A stretch of DNA of 32,000 nt from Prochlorococcus sp. MIT 0801 (GCF_000757865.1 NZ_CP007754.1:1470001-1502000); one strand, 5' to 3'. Shown: positions 19,007 to 29,238, counted from the stretch's first letter. Notes: generated from the sequence alone by a model not told the origin. A program made the numbers and translations.

Positions 19007-19750
19007 TTAAGAAGGGTTAGAAGAGTCTTTTTCTATACGTTTCAAAATCTCCTCATAAGCATCTATCACCCCTCCAAGATCTTGCCGAAATCGGTCTTTG
19101 TCAAGGATACGTCCCTTAGGATCAGAATTTGTCTTATCCCAAAACCTACAATTATCTGGACTTATTTCATCGGCTATCACAATTTTGCTAAATGAATTAA
19201 AACCGAACTCTAATTTAAAATCAACCAATAATAAATCTAGTGAATCAAAATATTCTTTTAAAATTTTATTTACACTTCTAGTAATATTCTCTACTTTTTC
19301 TATCTGAGAAGGACTAATCAAATCAAGCAATTTCATTCTTCTTTCTGTTAGTATAGGATCTCCCAATTTATCATCTTTATAATAAAAATCGAGGAGTGGC
19401 GGGTTTAATATTGTTCCTTGATTGATCGGTGTTTCTCTGCATAATGAACCTGTAGCAATATTCCGAATAACAACTTCTAAAGGAATTACTTCAATTTTAT
19501 CCGCAATCATGAATGTTTCCGATTGAAGTTCAATAAAGTGCGTGGGGATTCCATTCGATTCAAGCAATTTAAAAAGTGCCGCAGAAATTTTGCAATTCAG
19601 GCGCCCTTTACCTTCGATCTCTGATCGTTTTTTTGCGTTAAAAGCTGTAGCATCATTTTTGAACTCTATTAAAACCCTATTTGGATTTTCACAAGCAAAA
19701 ACTCTTTTTGCCTTGCCTTCATAAATTAGTGATCCTTGGATATGATTCAT
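19007..19750 (-). CDS. purC: Phosphoribosylaminoimidazole-succinocarboxamide (SAICAR) synthase
   Basis: 247 aa. [10 protein letters not shown]-terminus, [10 protein letters not shown]-like motif ([14 protein letters not shown]) and SPDNCRFWD. Confidence 0.93.
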   Translation of the reverse strand: MNHIQGSLIYEGKAKRVFACENPNRVLIEFKNDATAFNAKKRSEIEGKGRLNCKISAALFKLLESNGIPTHFIELQSETFMIADKIEVIPLEVVIRNIATGSLCRETPINQGTILNPPLLDFYYKDDKLGDPILTERRMKLLDLISPSQIEKVENITRSVNKILKEYFDSLDLLLVDFKLEFGFNSFSKIVIADEISPDNCRFWDKTNSDPKGRILDKDRFRQDLGGVIDAYEEILKRIEKDSSNPS

Positions 19751-19938
19751 TAATGCCTCAGATATCTAATTAGTATAAATAGACAATGCTACAAAAATCA
19801 CCTCAATCAAGATAAAATTATTTAAAGGCTAAACTTCAAACAACTAAATAACTTATCTTCAAGATATGTATTAACTAATAATCAAAAGGTAATTAAAGAT
19901 CCACTAAAACTATTTTTTTATTCAAGCAAACGCAAATC

Positions 19939-21243
19939 ATGACAAAGAATCAAAAGGCTGAGGAATTAAAAAAAATATTAATAGTTGGAAGTGGAGGAAG
20001 AGAAAACTCTATTGCTTGGGCTCTATCAAAAAATCAATCTATTGAACAAATATATGTTTGTCCCGGCAATGGTGGAACCGCCAACTTTGAAAAATGTATT
20101 TGCCTAAAACCTAAACCTGAAGATGCACAAGCGATCATTGAGGAATCTCAGCGACTTGGAATTAATTTAGTAATCATTGGTCCTGAGGTCCCTTTAGCTG
20201 AGGGCTTGGCAGATAAAATGCGTGAAGCAGGATTAACAGTTTTTGGTCCAGGCAAAGATGGTGCTCAATTAGAAGCAAGTAAAGACTGGTCTAAAGCTTT
20301 AATGTTAGAGAACAATATTCCTACAGCTAAGTACTGGTCTACAAAATCTAAAGAAGAAGCACTAGAAATTCTTAGAAAATTCAACCAACCTCTTGTTGTC
20401 AAAGCAGATGGTCTTGCCGCAGGTAAAGGTGTAACTGTTTGTGAAACCATTGAGGAATCTAAGGAGGCAATTAAGGAAATATTTTCTGGAAAGTTTGGCT
20501 CTGCAGGAAATAAAGTTATTCTTGAAGAAAAAATTGAAGGGCCAGAAGTTTCTATTTTTGCCCTTTGTGATGGAGAGAAATTAATAGTTCTTCCTCCAGC
20601 TCAGGATCACAAAAGATTACTTAACGGAGACAATGGTCCAAATACAGGCGGTATGGGAGCTTATGCACCTGCACTTTTAATTAACGAACAAGATCTTCAA
20701 GACTTAACTGAACTGGTTCTTATCCCAACTTTAAAAGGTTTGAAAAAAAAGAATATCAACTACATTGGCGTTATTTATGCCGGCCTAATGCTTACATCGT
20801 CAGGGCCAAAAGTTATTGAATTTAATTGCCGCTTTGGGGATCCAGAATGTCAGGCTTTAATGCCCTTAATGGGAGATGAATTTGCTTCTGTCCTTTTTGC
20901 TTGTGCTCGAGGAGAGATTGAAAATGCACCAAAACTTTCATTTAACTCTGAATACAGTGCTTGTATAGTTGCAGCCTCTCAGGGATATCCGGAAAGTCCA
21001 CAAAAAGGTGACAAGATTGAAATCAATGTTGAATCAAATTCTTCACTCCAAATTTTTCATGCAGGTACCACAGTCGACAAATTTGACAATATAATTACCT
21101 CTGGGGGAAGAGTTCTTTCGATAGTTGCTCAGGGAGAAAGTTTCGACAAAGCTTTCGATTTAGCCTACTCTAACCTTAAAAAAATCAACTTTAATGGTAT
21201 GCATTTTCGCAAAGATATAGGTTACCAAGTTAGAAATATTTGA
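19939..21243 (+). CDS. purD: Phosphoribosylamine--glycine ligase
   Basis: 434 aa. ILIVGSGGRENSIAWAL, an ATP-grasp core (VVKADGLAAGKGV, NTGGMGAY) and VIEFNCRFGDPE. Confidence 0.95.
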   Translation: MTKNQKAEELKKILIVGSGGRENSIAWALSKNQSIEQIYVCPGNGGTANFEKCICLKPKPEDAQAIIEESQRLGINLVIIGPEVPLAEGLADKMREAGLTVFGPGKDGAQLEASKDWSKALMLENNIPTAKYWSTKSKEEALEILRKFNQPLVVKADGLAAGKGVTVCETIEESKEAIKEIFSGKFGSAGNKVILEEKIEGPEVSIFALCDGEKLIVLPPAQDHKRLLNGDNGPNTGGMGAYAPALLINEQDLQDLTELVLIPTLKGLKKKNINYIGVIYAGLMLTSSGPKVIEFNCRFGDPECQALMPLMGDEFASVLFACARGEIENAPKLSFNSEYSACIVAASQGYPESPQKGDKIEINVESNSSLQIFHAGTTVDKFDNIITSGGRVLSIVAQGESFDKAFDLAYSNLKKINFNGMHFRKDIGYQVRNI

Positions 21244-21258
21244 TTAAGTTTATCCTAA

Positions 21259-23328
21259 ATGAATAATACTAACTCAAATCAAAGTAAACCATTTCAAGTA
21301 TCAAAAGATGATGTACTACTAGATGAATTAAATATAATAGAAAAAATAAATTTGTGGTGGGCTAGATTTAATTTAAGGTCTAAATTACTAGCATTAGGAA
21401 CGCTAGTGGTTAGTCTTATAATGACACTTATTACGTTCTTTGCTTTAAGTACTATTCAAAAAGATGCTGGGATGAACGATACAAGATATGCCAGAGATTT
21501 AGGATTATTATTATCAGGGAACGTTACGGAATTAGTAGCGAAGAATCAAACACGAGAACTTTTCAACGTTGCTGAGAAGTTTTGGCGTTCAAGTAGGAAC
21601 TTAAGGTACATTTTCTTCACTGACCCAGATGGATTTGTAAAATTGGGTATTCCTGTGAGTGCAACGACCTCAGAATCTGAGGCTGAAGGAGACTTGCAAC
21701 TAACCAGAAAGCTTCAATTACCCAGTGAATTAAAGAAACAGCCTCAATTCCCATTAGTAAGACAACATTCAACTCCACAAGGACAGGTAACTGATGTTTT
21801 TGTTCCTATGCTTTGGAAGGGTGAATATTTAGGCACCTTAGCTCTCGGAGTAACACCGAATAAAAAAGCTCTTGCCACAGCGGCATTAACTAGAGAAATT
21901 ACTGTTGCAGTATTTATTTCTATTTGGGTTTTAGTAATAATAGGCGCAGTATTTAATGCTCTAACAATCACTCGTCCAATAAGAGAATTAGTTATTGGAG
22001 TCAGAGAGATTGCTAAAGGTAATTTTAAATCAAGAGTTGATCTACCAATGAGTGGTGAACTCGGGGAACTCTTAACTGGTTTTAATGCAATGGCATCCAG
22101 ATTAGAAGATTATGATGCTGCAAATATTGAGGAACTAAGAGCTGCCCAAGTCAAACAGCAATCCTTAATAGCCACAATGGCAGATGGAGCACTACTTCTT
22201 GACGAAAAAGGAAATGTTGTATTAGTCAATCCAACTGCTAGAAGACTCTTCCGCTGGGAAGGAAGAAATCTTGAAGGTCAAAATTTATTGAATCAACTTC
22301 CTGAATCTCTTGTAAAAGAACTTGAAACACCAATAACATCTCTATTGAACAATTTCGGAGACAGCGATGATTTGCGTTGCAATCTTGAAGAGCCACCAAG
22401 AACACTTCGTATAGTTTTAAAGTCTGTCAGAGACACGACTGGAGAGAATATAAAAGGTATTGCAGTTACGGTTCAGGATCTTACTAGGGAAGTTCTATTA
22501 AATGCAGCACAAAAAAGATTCATAAGTAATGTTTCTCACGAATTAAGAACGCCATTATTCAATATTAAAAGCTATGTTGAGACACTATATGACCTAGGAG
22601 AACAGCTTACAAAAGACGAGCAAAAAGAATTTTTAGGTGTTGCAAATTCAGAAACAGATAGACTCACTCGCTTGGTCAATGATGTTCTTGACTTATCCAA
22701 ACTGGAGTCCGGGAGAACAATCCAATTAGAAGCACTAAGTATAAAAGAAGCTATGGAACAAACCCTAAGAAACTATAAACTCAATGCAGAAGATAAAAAT
22801 GTAAAATTAATATTGAACGTTGAAAACAATTTGGCATTTGTTTTAGGTAACTGGGACATGCTTCTCCAGGTTTTTGATAATCTTGTTGGAAATGCACTTA
22901 AATTTAGTCAAGAAGGAGGAACAATAAATTTAAAGGCCTATACATGGCCAGATATATGCGTTGCTTCGCCAGTTGATCTAGATAATAAAGCTCCTCATTG
23001 TGAAATTTTATCCCCAATGCCAAAAATCAGAATTGAAATTTCTGATACTGGATACGGTATTTCTGAAATTGATCAACAGAGAATATTTGAACGTTTTTAC
23101 AGAGTTGAAGATTCAGTACATACTGAAGTGGGAACTGGACTTGGCCTCTCAATCGTTAAAGGGATTGTTGATAAACACGGAAGTGAGATAAGAATGGCAA
23201 GCGAACCAAATACTGGGACAACTTTTTGGTTTGAACTTCCTGTTGAAGACTCTGACGCTGATCAGCTTTTACTAATATCTGCAAGAAAGAATTGGGAACT
23301 TGAAAATGATAAGTCATTAATTAAATAG
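21259..23328 (+). CDS. nblS: Membrane sensor histidine kinase, NblS/Hik33 (DspA) type
   Basis: 689 aa. Two TM segments flanking a periplasmic loop, then HAMP, PAS, H-box SHELRTPL, and N/G boxes (NLVGNALKF, DTGYGI, GTGLGLSIV). It lies 15 bp downstream of purD. Confidence 0.85.
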   Translation: MNNTNSNQSKPFQVSKDDVLLDELNIIEKINLWWARFNLRSKLLALGTLVVSLIMTLITFFALSTIQKDAGMNDTRYARDLGLLLSGNVTELVAKNQTRELFNVAEKFWRSSRNLRYIFFTDPDGFVKLGIPVSATTSESEAEGDLQLTRKLQLPSELKKQPQFPLVRQHSTPQGQVTDVFVPMLWKGEYLGTLALGVTPNKKALATAALTREITVAVFISIWVLVIIGAVFNALTITRPIRELVIGVREIAKGNFKSRVDLPMSGELGELLTGFNAMASRLEDYDAANIEELRAAQVKQQSLIATMADGALLLDEKGNVVLVNPTARRLFRWEGRNLEGQNLLNQLPESLVKELETPITSLLNNFGDSDDLRCNLEEPPRTLRIVLKSVRDTTGENIKGIAVTVQDLTREVLLNAAQKRFISNVSHELRTPLFNIKSYVETLYDLGEQLTKDEQKEFLGVANSETDRLTRLVNDVLDLSKLESGRTIQLEALSIKEAMEQTLRNYKLNAEDKNVKLILNVENNLAFVLGNWDMLLQVFDNLVGNALKFSQEGGTINLKAYTWPDICVASPVDLDNKAPHCEILSPMPKIRIEISDTGYGISEIDQQRIFERFYRVEDSVHTEVGTGLGLSIVKGIVDKHGSEIRMASEPNTGTTFWFELPVEDSDADQLLLISARKNWELENDKSLIK

Positions 23329-23337
23329 ATTTACTAA

Positions 23338-24840
23338 CTACCCTTCTTTTGGATTAATGCTTTTAAAAACGCCAGGTATCTGCTCTTCAGGATTAATACG
23401 ATGAGGGGCTCCACTAAATATCTGTTCAAAGTTAGAGAATGAATCCTTAATCTCAGGTCCTTCATTAGTAATGATATATTCACGAATCCTCTTGTCATGC
23501 CATGATCCGCGCATCTTAAAAACATTTATTGCTCTTGCCATTTCACCTCTTATTTCTACATATTGCAAAAGCAAAATAGTATCAGTTATCGTTGAAATAT
23601 GCGAATCAGTAATTGAGTGGCTTCCCATAAATTCTTCTGCAGTATTAGTAAAGAATCCTGCTATTTCTTCTTGTTTCGCATAACCAGTAACTCCAATAAC
23701 AAACTGTCTAAATGCATTCAAGCTTACGCCTCTAGCTAATGCGGATAGAGAATCTATCGCCATTCTGGATGGTTTATATTCGCTAATCTCCGTTTTTATA
23801 ATTTGCAGATGATCTTCCAAACCAGTTGATTCAGGATAAGCACAAATAATCTTCAACAATCCATCAGCTTCCATCTTTTCAAAATCAATTCCCCAACTAG
23901 TTGCATTTCGCAGAAGTTGTGCTCTTGATTCTTCATATGCAAAAAGGATTGTTCTTTCTTTATGTATGTATGCATCCTCAACAAACTTAGAAACTAGCAT
24001 TGTTTTTCCGGTACCAGTTGCACCAGTTGCAAGAATAATTGAATCTTGAAAATATCCTCCTCCACACATTTCATCCAAAGCAGGGACACCAGAACTTATG
24101 CGAATATTGGATGATCTTTGAGTCAACCTCATTGCACCTAAAGGGAATGCGACTATTCCTTGGGAACCCATAGTAAAAGGGAATTCACCCTTCATATGTG
24201 TAGTTCCTCTTAATTTCAAAATCTCTACAGTTCTTCTCCTCTTCTCTGCCTCTAAAACATTTCTCAAAATAACAACATTGTCAGAAACGAATTCTTCAAC
24301 TCCATATCTAGCAATTGGACCATATTCATCTATTCTTTCAGTGGTCATAACAGTAGTCACACCTATTTCTTTAAGTCTTGCTATCAATCGAAAAATCTCT
24401 CTTCTAACAACATAAATAGCGTCATATTGTTGAAAAACTGCTGTCATAGAATCTATAGCTACTCTCTTAGCTTTGAACTTTCTAATCGCATAGCTTATCC
24501 TTTCAATTAACCCAGATAAATCAAAACTTCCAGCAACATCTTGTCCATCTGGATCTGGAGATGCATCTAAAATAAAAAGTTTATTTTGATCAATTAACCC
24601 TTGCAAATCCCAACCAAAACTTGCAGCATTTCGAATAATATCTAGAGGCGATTCTTCAAAAGTAACAAAAATCCCTGGCTCATCAAAATTACATATTCCA
24701 TAATGAAGATATTGAAGAGAAAAAACAGTTTTCCCAGTACCTGATGTTCCGCTGACTAGAGTGCTTCTTGCATTAGGCAATCCACCATGACAAATATCAT
24801 CAAAGCCCTCTATACCAGTGGGGAGTTTTTGAACATGCAT
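23338..24840 (-). CDS. kaiC: Circadian clock protein KaiC
   Basis: 500 aa. Duplicated RecA-like halves with Walker A GTSGTGKT (CI) and GATGTGKT (CII), IEGFDD, and the phosphosite region SHISTITDTILLLQYVEIRGEM. An in-frame TAA 14 codons upstream fixes the ATG at 24840. Confidence 0.97.
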   Translation of the reverse strand: MHVQKLPTGIEGFDDICHGGLPNARSTLVSGTSGTGKTVFSLQYLHYGICNFDEPGIFVTFEESPLDIIRNAASFGWDLQGLIDQNKLFILDASPDPDGQDVAGSFDLSGLIERISYAIRKFKAKRVAIDSMTAVFQQYDAIYVVRREIFRLIARLKEIGVTTVMTTERIDEYGPIARYGVEEFVSDNVVILRNVLEAEKRRRTVEILKLRGTTHMKGEFPFTMGSQGIVAFPLGAMRLTQRSSNIRISSGVPALDEMCGGGYFQDSIILATGATGTGKTMLVSKFVEDAYIHKERTILFAYEESRAQLLRNATSWGIDFEKMEADGLLKIICAYPESTGLEDHLQIIKTEISEYKPSRMAIDSLSALARGVSLNAFRQFVIGVTGYAKQEEIAGFFTNTAEEFMGSHSITDSHISTITDTILLLQYVEIRGEMARAINVFKMRGSWHDKRIREYIITNEGPEIKDSFSNFEQIFSGAPHRINPEEQIPGVFKSINPKEG

Positions 24841-24970
24841 TGTGGGTAGATTTTTTTTATTGAAGAACGCTAAAAGCTCTTATGTACAAAACATAATAAA
24901 CAATCTTTAAAAATAGCTTAGTTGTCGGTTGGGCTTAAGAATTCATTTACTTCTTGTTTATGTAGCTCCA

Positions 24971-25294
24971 TTATTTATCTGAAGAGTAAAACATTTCTTG
25001 ATCTGTCAATTCATCATACAAAAGGTCCAATCCAATTAGCACCTTTTCTCTATCTGAAAGGTCACCAATTATTCTTCGAACAGGAGGGGGTAAAATCTTA
25101 GCTAAGGTTGGTGTAGCAAGTATTTTATCTTCTTCAGCTAATTGAGGACTTTTTAAAACATCAATAACCTTAAGAGCATAGACACCTTTGAATTCACTCT
25201 CTAAGATTTCTCTCAACGTGTTCAAGGCTCTCATAGAATTTGGTGTATTCCCCGCCACATAAAGCTTGAGAATATATGTCTTTCTTGCATTCAT
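24971..25294 (-). CDS. kaiB: Circadian clock protein KaiB
   Basis: 107 aa. [14 protein letters not shown] and [21 protein letters not shown] are canonical KaiB. Confidence 0.97.
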   Translation of the reverse strand: MNARKTYILKLYVAGNTPNSMRALNTLREILESEFKGVYALKVIDVLKSPQLAEEDKILATPTLAKILPPPVRRIIGDLSDREKVLIGLDLLYDELTDQEMFYSSDK

Positions 25295-25448
25295 TTAAAA
25301 CCTCAGGAAAATCAACAGAACATTTGCCCTTCTTAGATCTTGACTAAGTAACCAACAAAAGGCCAAAATGTTAGTTTGTTTTCCGATTACGATTAGGGCT
25401 TAATCGATTAAAAAAGGAAACTCCCTTTATTTTATTTCGAGCCTTAAC

Positions 25449-25883
25449 GTGTCACAAATAACCATGGCTGATAAAAAATCATCTCTCAAGAAGGAAACTC
25501 CGCAAGATAAAACTTATGCGATAGTAGAGGCCTCAGGCAAACAATTTTGGCTTCAGCCCAACCGTTATTACGATTTAGATAGATGCCAGGCAGAAGTTGA
25601 TGATGTTTTAACTCTTGAAAAGGTTCTTCTAATCAATGATGGGAAAGATTTAAAACTTGGCAAACCTTATGTAAAAGATGCGAAAGTAGAACTCAAAGTA
25701 TTGGAGCATAGAAGAGGCCCAAAAATAATAGTTTATAAAATGAGACCCAAGAAAAAGACTAGGAGAAAGAATGGACATCGCCAAGAACTTACAAGAGTTT
25801 TTGTTCAGTCCATTTCAGTAGGATCAAACACAAAAAAATCAAAAGATGTTAAAACCACTGCTAATAAAGTAGAATCTAATTAG
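25449..25883 (+). CDS. rplU: 50S ribosomal protein L21 (extended form)
   Basis: Core YAIVEASGKQFW...HRRGPKIIVYKMRPKKKTRRKNGHRQ. GTG at 25449, or an in-frame ATG at 25464. It has N- and C-terminal extensions relative to the core. Confidence 0.9.
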   Translation: MSQITMADKKSSLKKETPQDKTYAIVEASGKQFWLQPNRYYDLDRCQAEVDDVLTLEKVLLINDGKDLKLGKPYVKDAKVELKVLEHRRGPKIIVYKMRPKKKTRRKNGHRQELTRVFVQSISVGSNTKKSKDVKTTANKVESN

Positions 25884-25908
25884 TTAAATTCAAAAGATTA
25901 AATAAATC

Positions 25909-26181
25909 ATGGCTCACAAGAAAGGTACCGGCTCCACTAGAAACGGAAGAGATTCAAACTCCAAAAGACTTGGTATCAAAGCCTATGGAGGAGAGAAAGT
26001 AACAGCTGGATCTATTCTTATTCGTCAAAGAGGAACATCTGTTCTTCCAGGAATCAATGTTGGCAGGGGGAAAGATGATACTCTTTTCGCCCTAACTGAT
26101 GGTTCAGTTCATTTTGAAAGTATTCGTAGAGGCCTAAGAAATAGAAAAAGGATTAATATTTCCACTGCTAAGGCTGTCTAG
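25909..26181 (+). CDS. rpmA: 50S ribosomal protein L27
   Basis: 90 aa. [24 protein letters not shown] is canonical L27. Confidence 0.96.
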   Translation: MAHKKGTGSTRNGRDSNSKRLGIKAYGGEKVTAGSILIRQRGTSVLPGINVGRGKDDTLFALTDGSVHFESIRRGLRNRKRINISTAKAV

Positions 26182-26929
26182 TTTGGATTCTCAGGGGTTT
26201 GTAAGCTCGAGTAGTAATTAATAAAGGATGAAAAACTTCTAAATAATTTAATTGCAAAGTAGAAAAAAATTTTTCAATAAGACTAGGATCATCAAAATGA
26301 AAAGGATACTCTCCGTTTTTTCCTTTGTAAAAGTACCAATTCATAAGAGCTATTCCTTCAGGAGAAAGTTTTTCTAGAAATATTTTTAATTGTTTGGCAG
26401 GATTTGGAAGATGCTCAAGTACATCCAAGCAAACTAAAGAATCAAAAACAACATCATTGGTGCTTTCTAAGTCTCTAAAAATTGAAATCTTATCTTCTAT
26501 ACCCAATTCCTTAGACCTATGTTCTACAAAGCTTCTATTTTGAGGGTTAAGATCAACAAACCAAACATGTTCAACTTCTGGCAAAAATGAGGCTGCTAGA
26601 GCATGTGTACCAATACCACCACCAAAATCTAAAACTTTTCCAGAAACAAATTTTTCTTGCAAGCGAAGAGTATCAGCTATGTAATTAAAACTATTTAGAT
26701 GCCAAGAAGCTAGATCTATTAAATGAGCATCTCCAACTTTTTCTTCGTAAAAATCGCCTGCATTGGTCTCAGTAAATGCTCCTGGATGAAGAGCTGCTAA
26801 ATCATCAACACCCTTAAGCAACCTTTGATCTAATTGCTCATTAGTAATATTTAGGAAATCAATAAGATGTTTTTTCAAATTAAAGCCATCTTTAAGGAAA
26901 GAGGAAATACTTAGATCTAAATAGTTCAT
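26168..26929 (-). CDS. Class I SAM-dependent methyltransferase, substrate unknown
   Basis: 253 aa. Motif [13 protein letters not shown] and post-I/motif II-like [14 protein letters not shown]. Its 3' end overlaps the rpmA 3' end by 14 nt. Confidence 0.75.
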   Translation of the reverse strand: MNYLDLSISSFLKDGFNLKKHLIDFLNITNEQLDQRLLKGVDDLAALHPGAFTETNAGDFYEEKVGDAHLIDLASWHLNSFNYIADTLRLQEKFVSGKVLDFGGGIGTHALAASFLPEVEHVWFVDLNPQNRSFVEHRSKELGIEDKISIFRDLESTNDVVFDSLVCLDVLEHLPNPAKQLKIFLEKLSPEGIALMNWYFYKGKNGEYPFHFDDPSLIEKFFSTLQLNYLEVFHPLLITTRAYKPLRIQTRQP

Positions 26930-27025
26930 ATTATTTGGCTGACTGAACGCACTGAGTTATAACTTTAAATGTTCAGGGTTACTTGAACAATATTTTCATA
27001 TGAGCCTAAACCTGCAATATCAATT

Positions 27026-27970
27026 TTGGAAAAGCCCTTTGGATTTGTTGTTATTGATAAGCCTTATGGGCTTACTTCTCATGATTGCGTTAATAGACTT
27101 AGAAAAGTATTTGGTATCAAAAAAATTGGACATACTGGAACTCTAGACCCTGCAGTTACTGGAGTACTTCCAATAGCAATAGGTGATGCAACAAGATTAA
27201 TCTCTTATTTACAAGGCTCTAAAGCTTATACAGGAATCATTCAGTTAGGTGCAACTACAAATACTGATGATATGCAAGGGGAAGTTATAAGATCAAAAGT
27301 TTGGCCCTTAATTACCGAAAATGCTATAAATTCTCTACTAGAAAATTTTAGAGGTGAGATTTCACAAAAGCCTCCTATTTTTTCTAGTGTTCACATTAAA
27401 GGCGAGAGAGCTTATAAGAAAGCAAGAAAAGGAGAAAAATTTGATTTAGTTCCAAAAAAAGTTACCATAAATAAATTAAATTTAATAAGTTGGTCTCAAA
27501 ATAAAGGTGAGTTATTAGTTGACGTCGACTGCTCAACAGGAACATACATTAGATCCTTGGCTAGAGACATTGGAGACAAAATCGGATGCGGTGGTTATTT
27601 AAAAAGTTTACGGCGTACAAAAGCATATAATTTCAATGAAAATGATTCAGTAATACTTCCTGAGAAATCGGACTTTTACCCAGTGAAAGATAAACCTAAA
27701 GTCCTTAATCCTAATATCTTTTTTAAACATCTATCTTCTTTTAAATTAATTTCTGAAGAAGAAATTATAAGCTGGCGTTCAGGAAGAAAGATCAATTTTC
27801 ACAATCATATTAAACGTCTAAATATAGCTAAAAAAAATGAGGTCGAAGATAGTATTATTGATAATAAAAATATATTAGTATTGGGTGAAAAAAACAAAAT
27901 CCTTGGCATAGGTAATTTAGATGAAGTTTTTGAAATTAAACCTAAGGTTGTTTTTAATGCAATTGGTTAG
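27026..27970 (+). CDS. truB: tRNA pseudouridine(55) synthase
   Basis: 314 aa. GFVVIDKPYGLTSHD, catalytic GHTGTLDP, and GTYIRSLARD. TTG start with no alternative ATG. Confidence 0.93.
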   Translation: MEKPFGFVVIDKPYGLTSHDCVNRLRKVFGIKKIGHTGTLDPAVTGVLPIAIGDATRLISYLQGSKAYTGIIQLGATTNTDDMQGEVIRSKVWPLITENAINSLLENFRGEISQKPPIFSSVHIKGERAYKKARKGEKFDLVPKKVTINKLNLISWSQNKGELLVDVDCSTGTYIRSLARDIGDKIGCGGYLKSLRRTKAYNFNENDSVILPEKSDFYPVKDKPKVLNPNIFFKHLSSFKLISEEEIISWRSGRKINFHNHIKRLNIAKKNEVEDSIIDNKNILVLGEKNKILGIGNLDEVFEIKPKVVFNAIG

Positions 27971-28020
27971 AAAGATCAAATTAAAATTCTATGATAATAA
28001 TATATCTATTAAATATTTTA

Positions 28021-29238
28021 CTAATAGTTTTTTATTTGTACTCCAGTATAATAATGTTTTAGAATTTTACGAAAACTGGAACCTCTTTCAGCCATAGCTT
28101 TTGCGCCCCACTGACTCATCCCCACTCCATGCCCAGCCCCAAAACCTCTAACTAATAGAAAATATTCTTCTGGAATTGGGGGCAGAGGTTGAAGTGCAGA
28201 ATCGTTAACTAGTTTATTCTCGTAATTCAATTTATTATCTAGATTACTTGGATCAAATATCAAATCAAACTCAAATTTAGTACTAAGTAATTGCAACTTT
28301 TTTCTTAAATCTTTTCCAGAAATAATCTGATTTCGATTCGTCCCGTAAAGTCTGATTTTTAAGACTCTACCAGTATTACTTCTATCAATTATATGAATAC
28401 TATTTATTCCGCCTAAGTTCGGAAATATCTTTTCCAATTCTGCAGACGTAAATTTATTCGACCATCTATATTTACTACTATTATGATCATAGTCAATAAC
28501 ACTTTTCAAATAAGGGAATTGATACTTCCAAACTTGACCACTACTCTCAGTTCTACCACCAGAACTACTATGAAAAACAGCATCAATCAGCTGATCCTTA
28601 TAAAACAGAACAAGTGAGTCTGTACTTCTCACTGCCCTATTAATTTTTACAGTTTCCGATTCAAGACCTAAGTAAACTTGACTAGCTTGTGTTGAATGAA
28701 GATCAAATAATTTATTTTTATCTAAAAGTTTTAAGGCATAAGTCCTAGCTGCAATAGCTTGAGCTTGAAGAGCTGCAAGAGGAAAATCTTTTGGCATTTC
28801 ACTACCAACAACACTTTTCAAATACTTCTCTAATTTTAAATAATTTATTATATTTAACTTCTTATCATTCAATGAAACTCTTAATTCACCGGCATATCTT
28901 CTATTATTCAACCAAATCCCTCTTTTATCACTATTTCTAATAATTAAATTAAAATTATTTGGCAATTCAAACCATGAATTCAAGTCATTATTAATTGAAT
29001 ATTTAACTTTATTATTGCTATAGACTAAATTGAATGATTTAATTCTTCTATGATTAGAAGAGATACCTTTAACAAAAATATTTTCTACACTATCTGCTCT
29101 AAATCTTGCCTTATTTTCATTACTTATCAAAACACGAATTATTGGTTCTTTCGCCGCAATTGCCTTTATTGGAGAGATGAAAAATATAGCTACAAAGATT
29201 ATTGACCATCCAGATTTTGCTTTAGGTGATGCGCTCAA
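28021..29238 (-). CDS. SpoIID/LytB-domain protein (peptidoglycan remodelling)
   Basis: 405 aa. N-terminal signal/anchor, then AQAIAARTYAL, FHSSSGGRTES and GHGVGMSQWGA, typical of the SpoIID family. TTG start. Confidence 0.85.
   Translation of the reverse strand: MSASPKAKSGWSIIFVAIFFISPIKAIAAKEPIIRVLISNENKARFRADSVENIFVKGISSNHRRIKSFNLVYSNNKVKYSINNDLNSWFELPNNFNLIIRNSDKRGIWLNNRRYAGELRVSLNDKKLNIINYLKLEKYLKSVVGSEMPKDFPLAALQAQAIAARTYALKLLDKNKLFDLHSTQASQVYLGLESETVKINRAVRSTDSLVLFYKDQLIDAVFHSSSGGRTESSGQVWKYQFPYLKSVIDYDHNSSKYRWSNKFTSAELEKIFPNLGGINSIHIIDRSNTGRVLKIRLYGTNRNQIISGKDLRKKLQLLSTKFEFDLIFDPSNLDNKLNYENKLVNDSALQPLPPIPEEYFLLVRGFGAGHGVGMSQWGAKAMAERGSSFRKILKHYYTGVQIKNY

Noticed and set aside
24841-24970. 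A possible terminator or attenuator hairpin in the kaiB-kaiC spacer.
   Set aside because: Only 5-bp AT-rich stems are present (for example TATGT/ACATA), with no convincing stem plus U-tract. It is reported only as an unexplained 130-bp spacer.
25295-25448. I looked for a decayed kaiA remnant between kaiB and rplU.
   Set aside because: The spacer is 154 bp with no open frame of meaningful length and nothing resembling KaiA motifs by eye. It is more simply the divergent kaiB/rplU promoter region. An alignment to kaiA-containing loci would be needed to say more.
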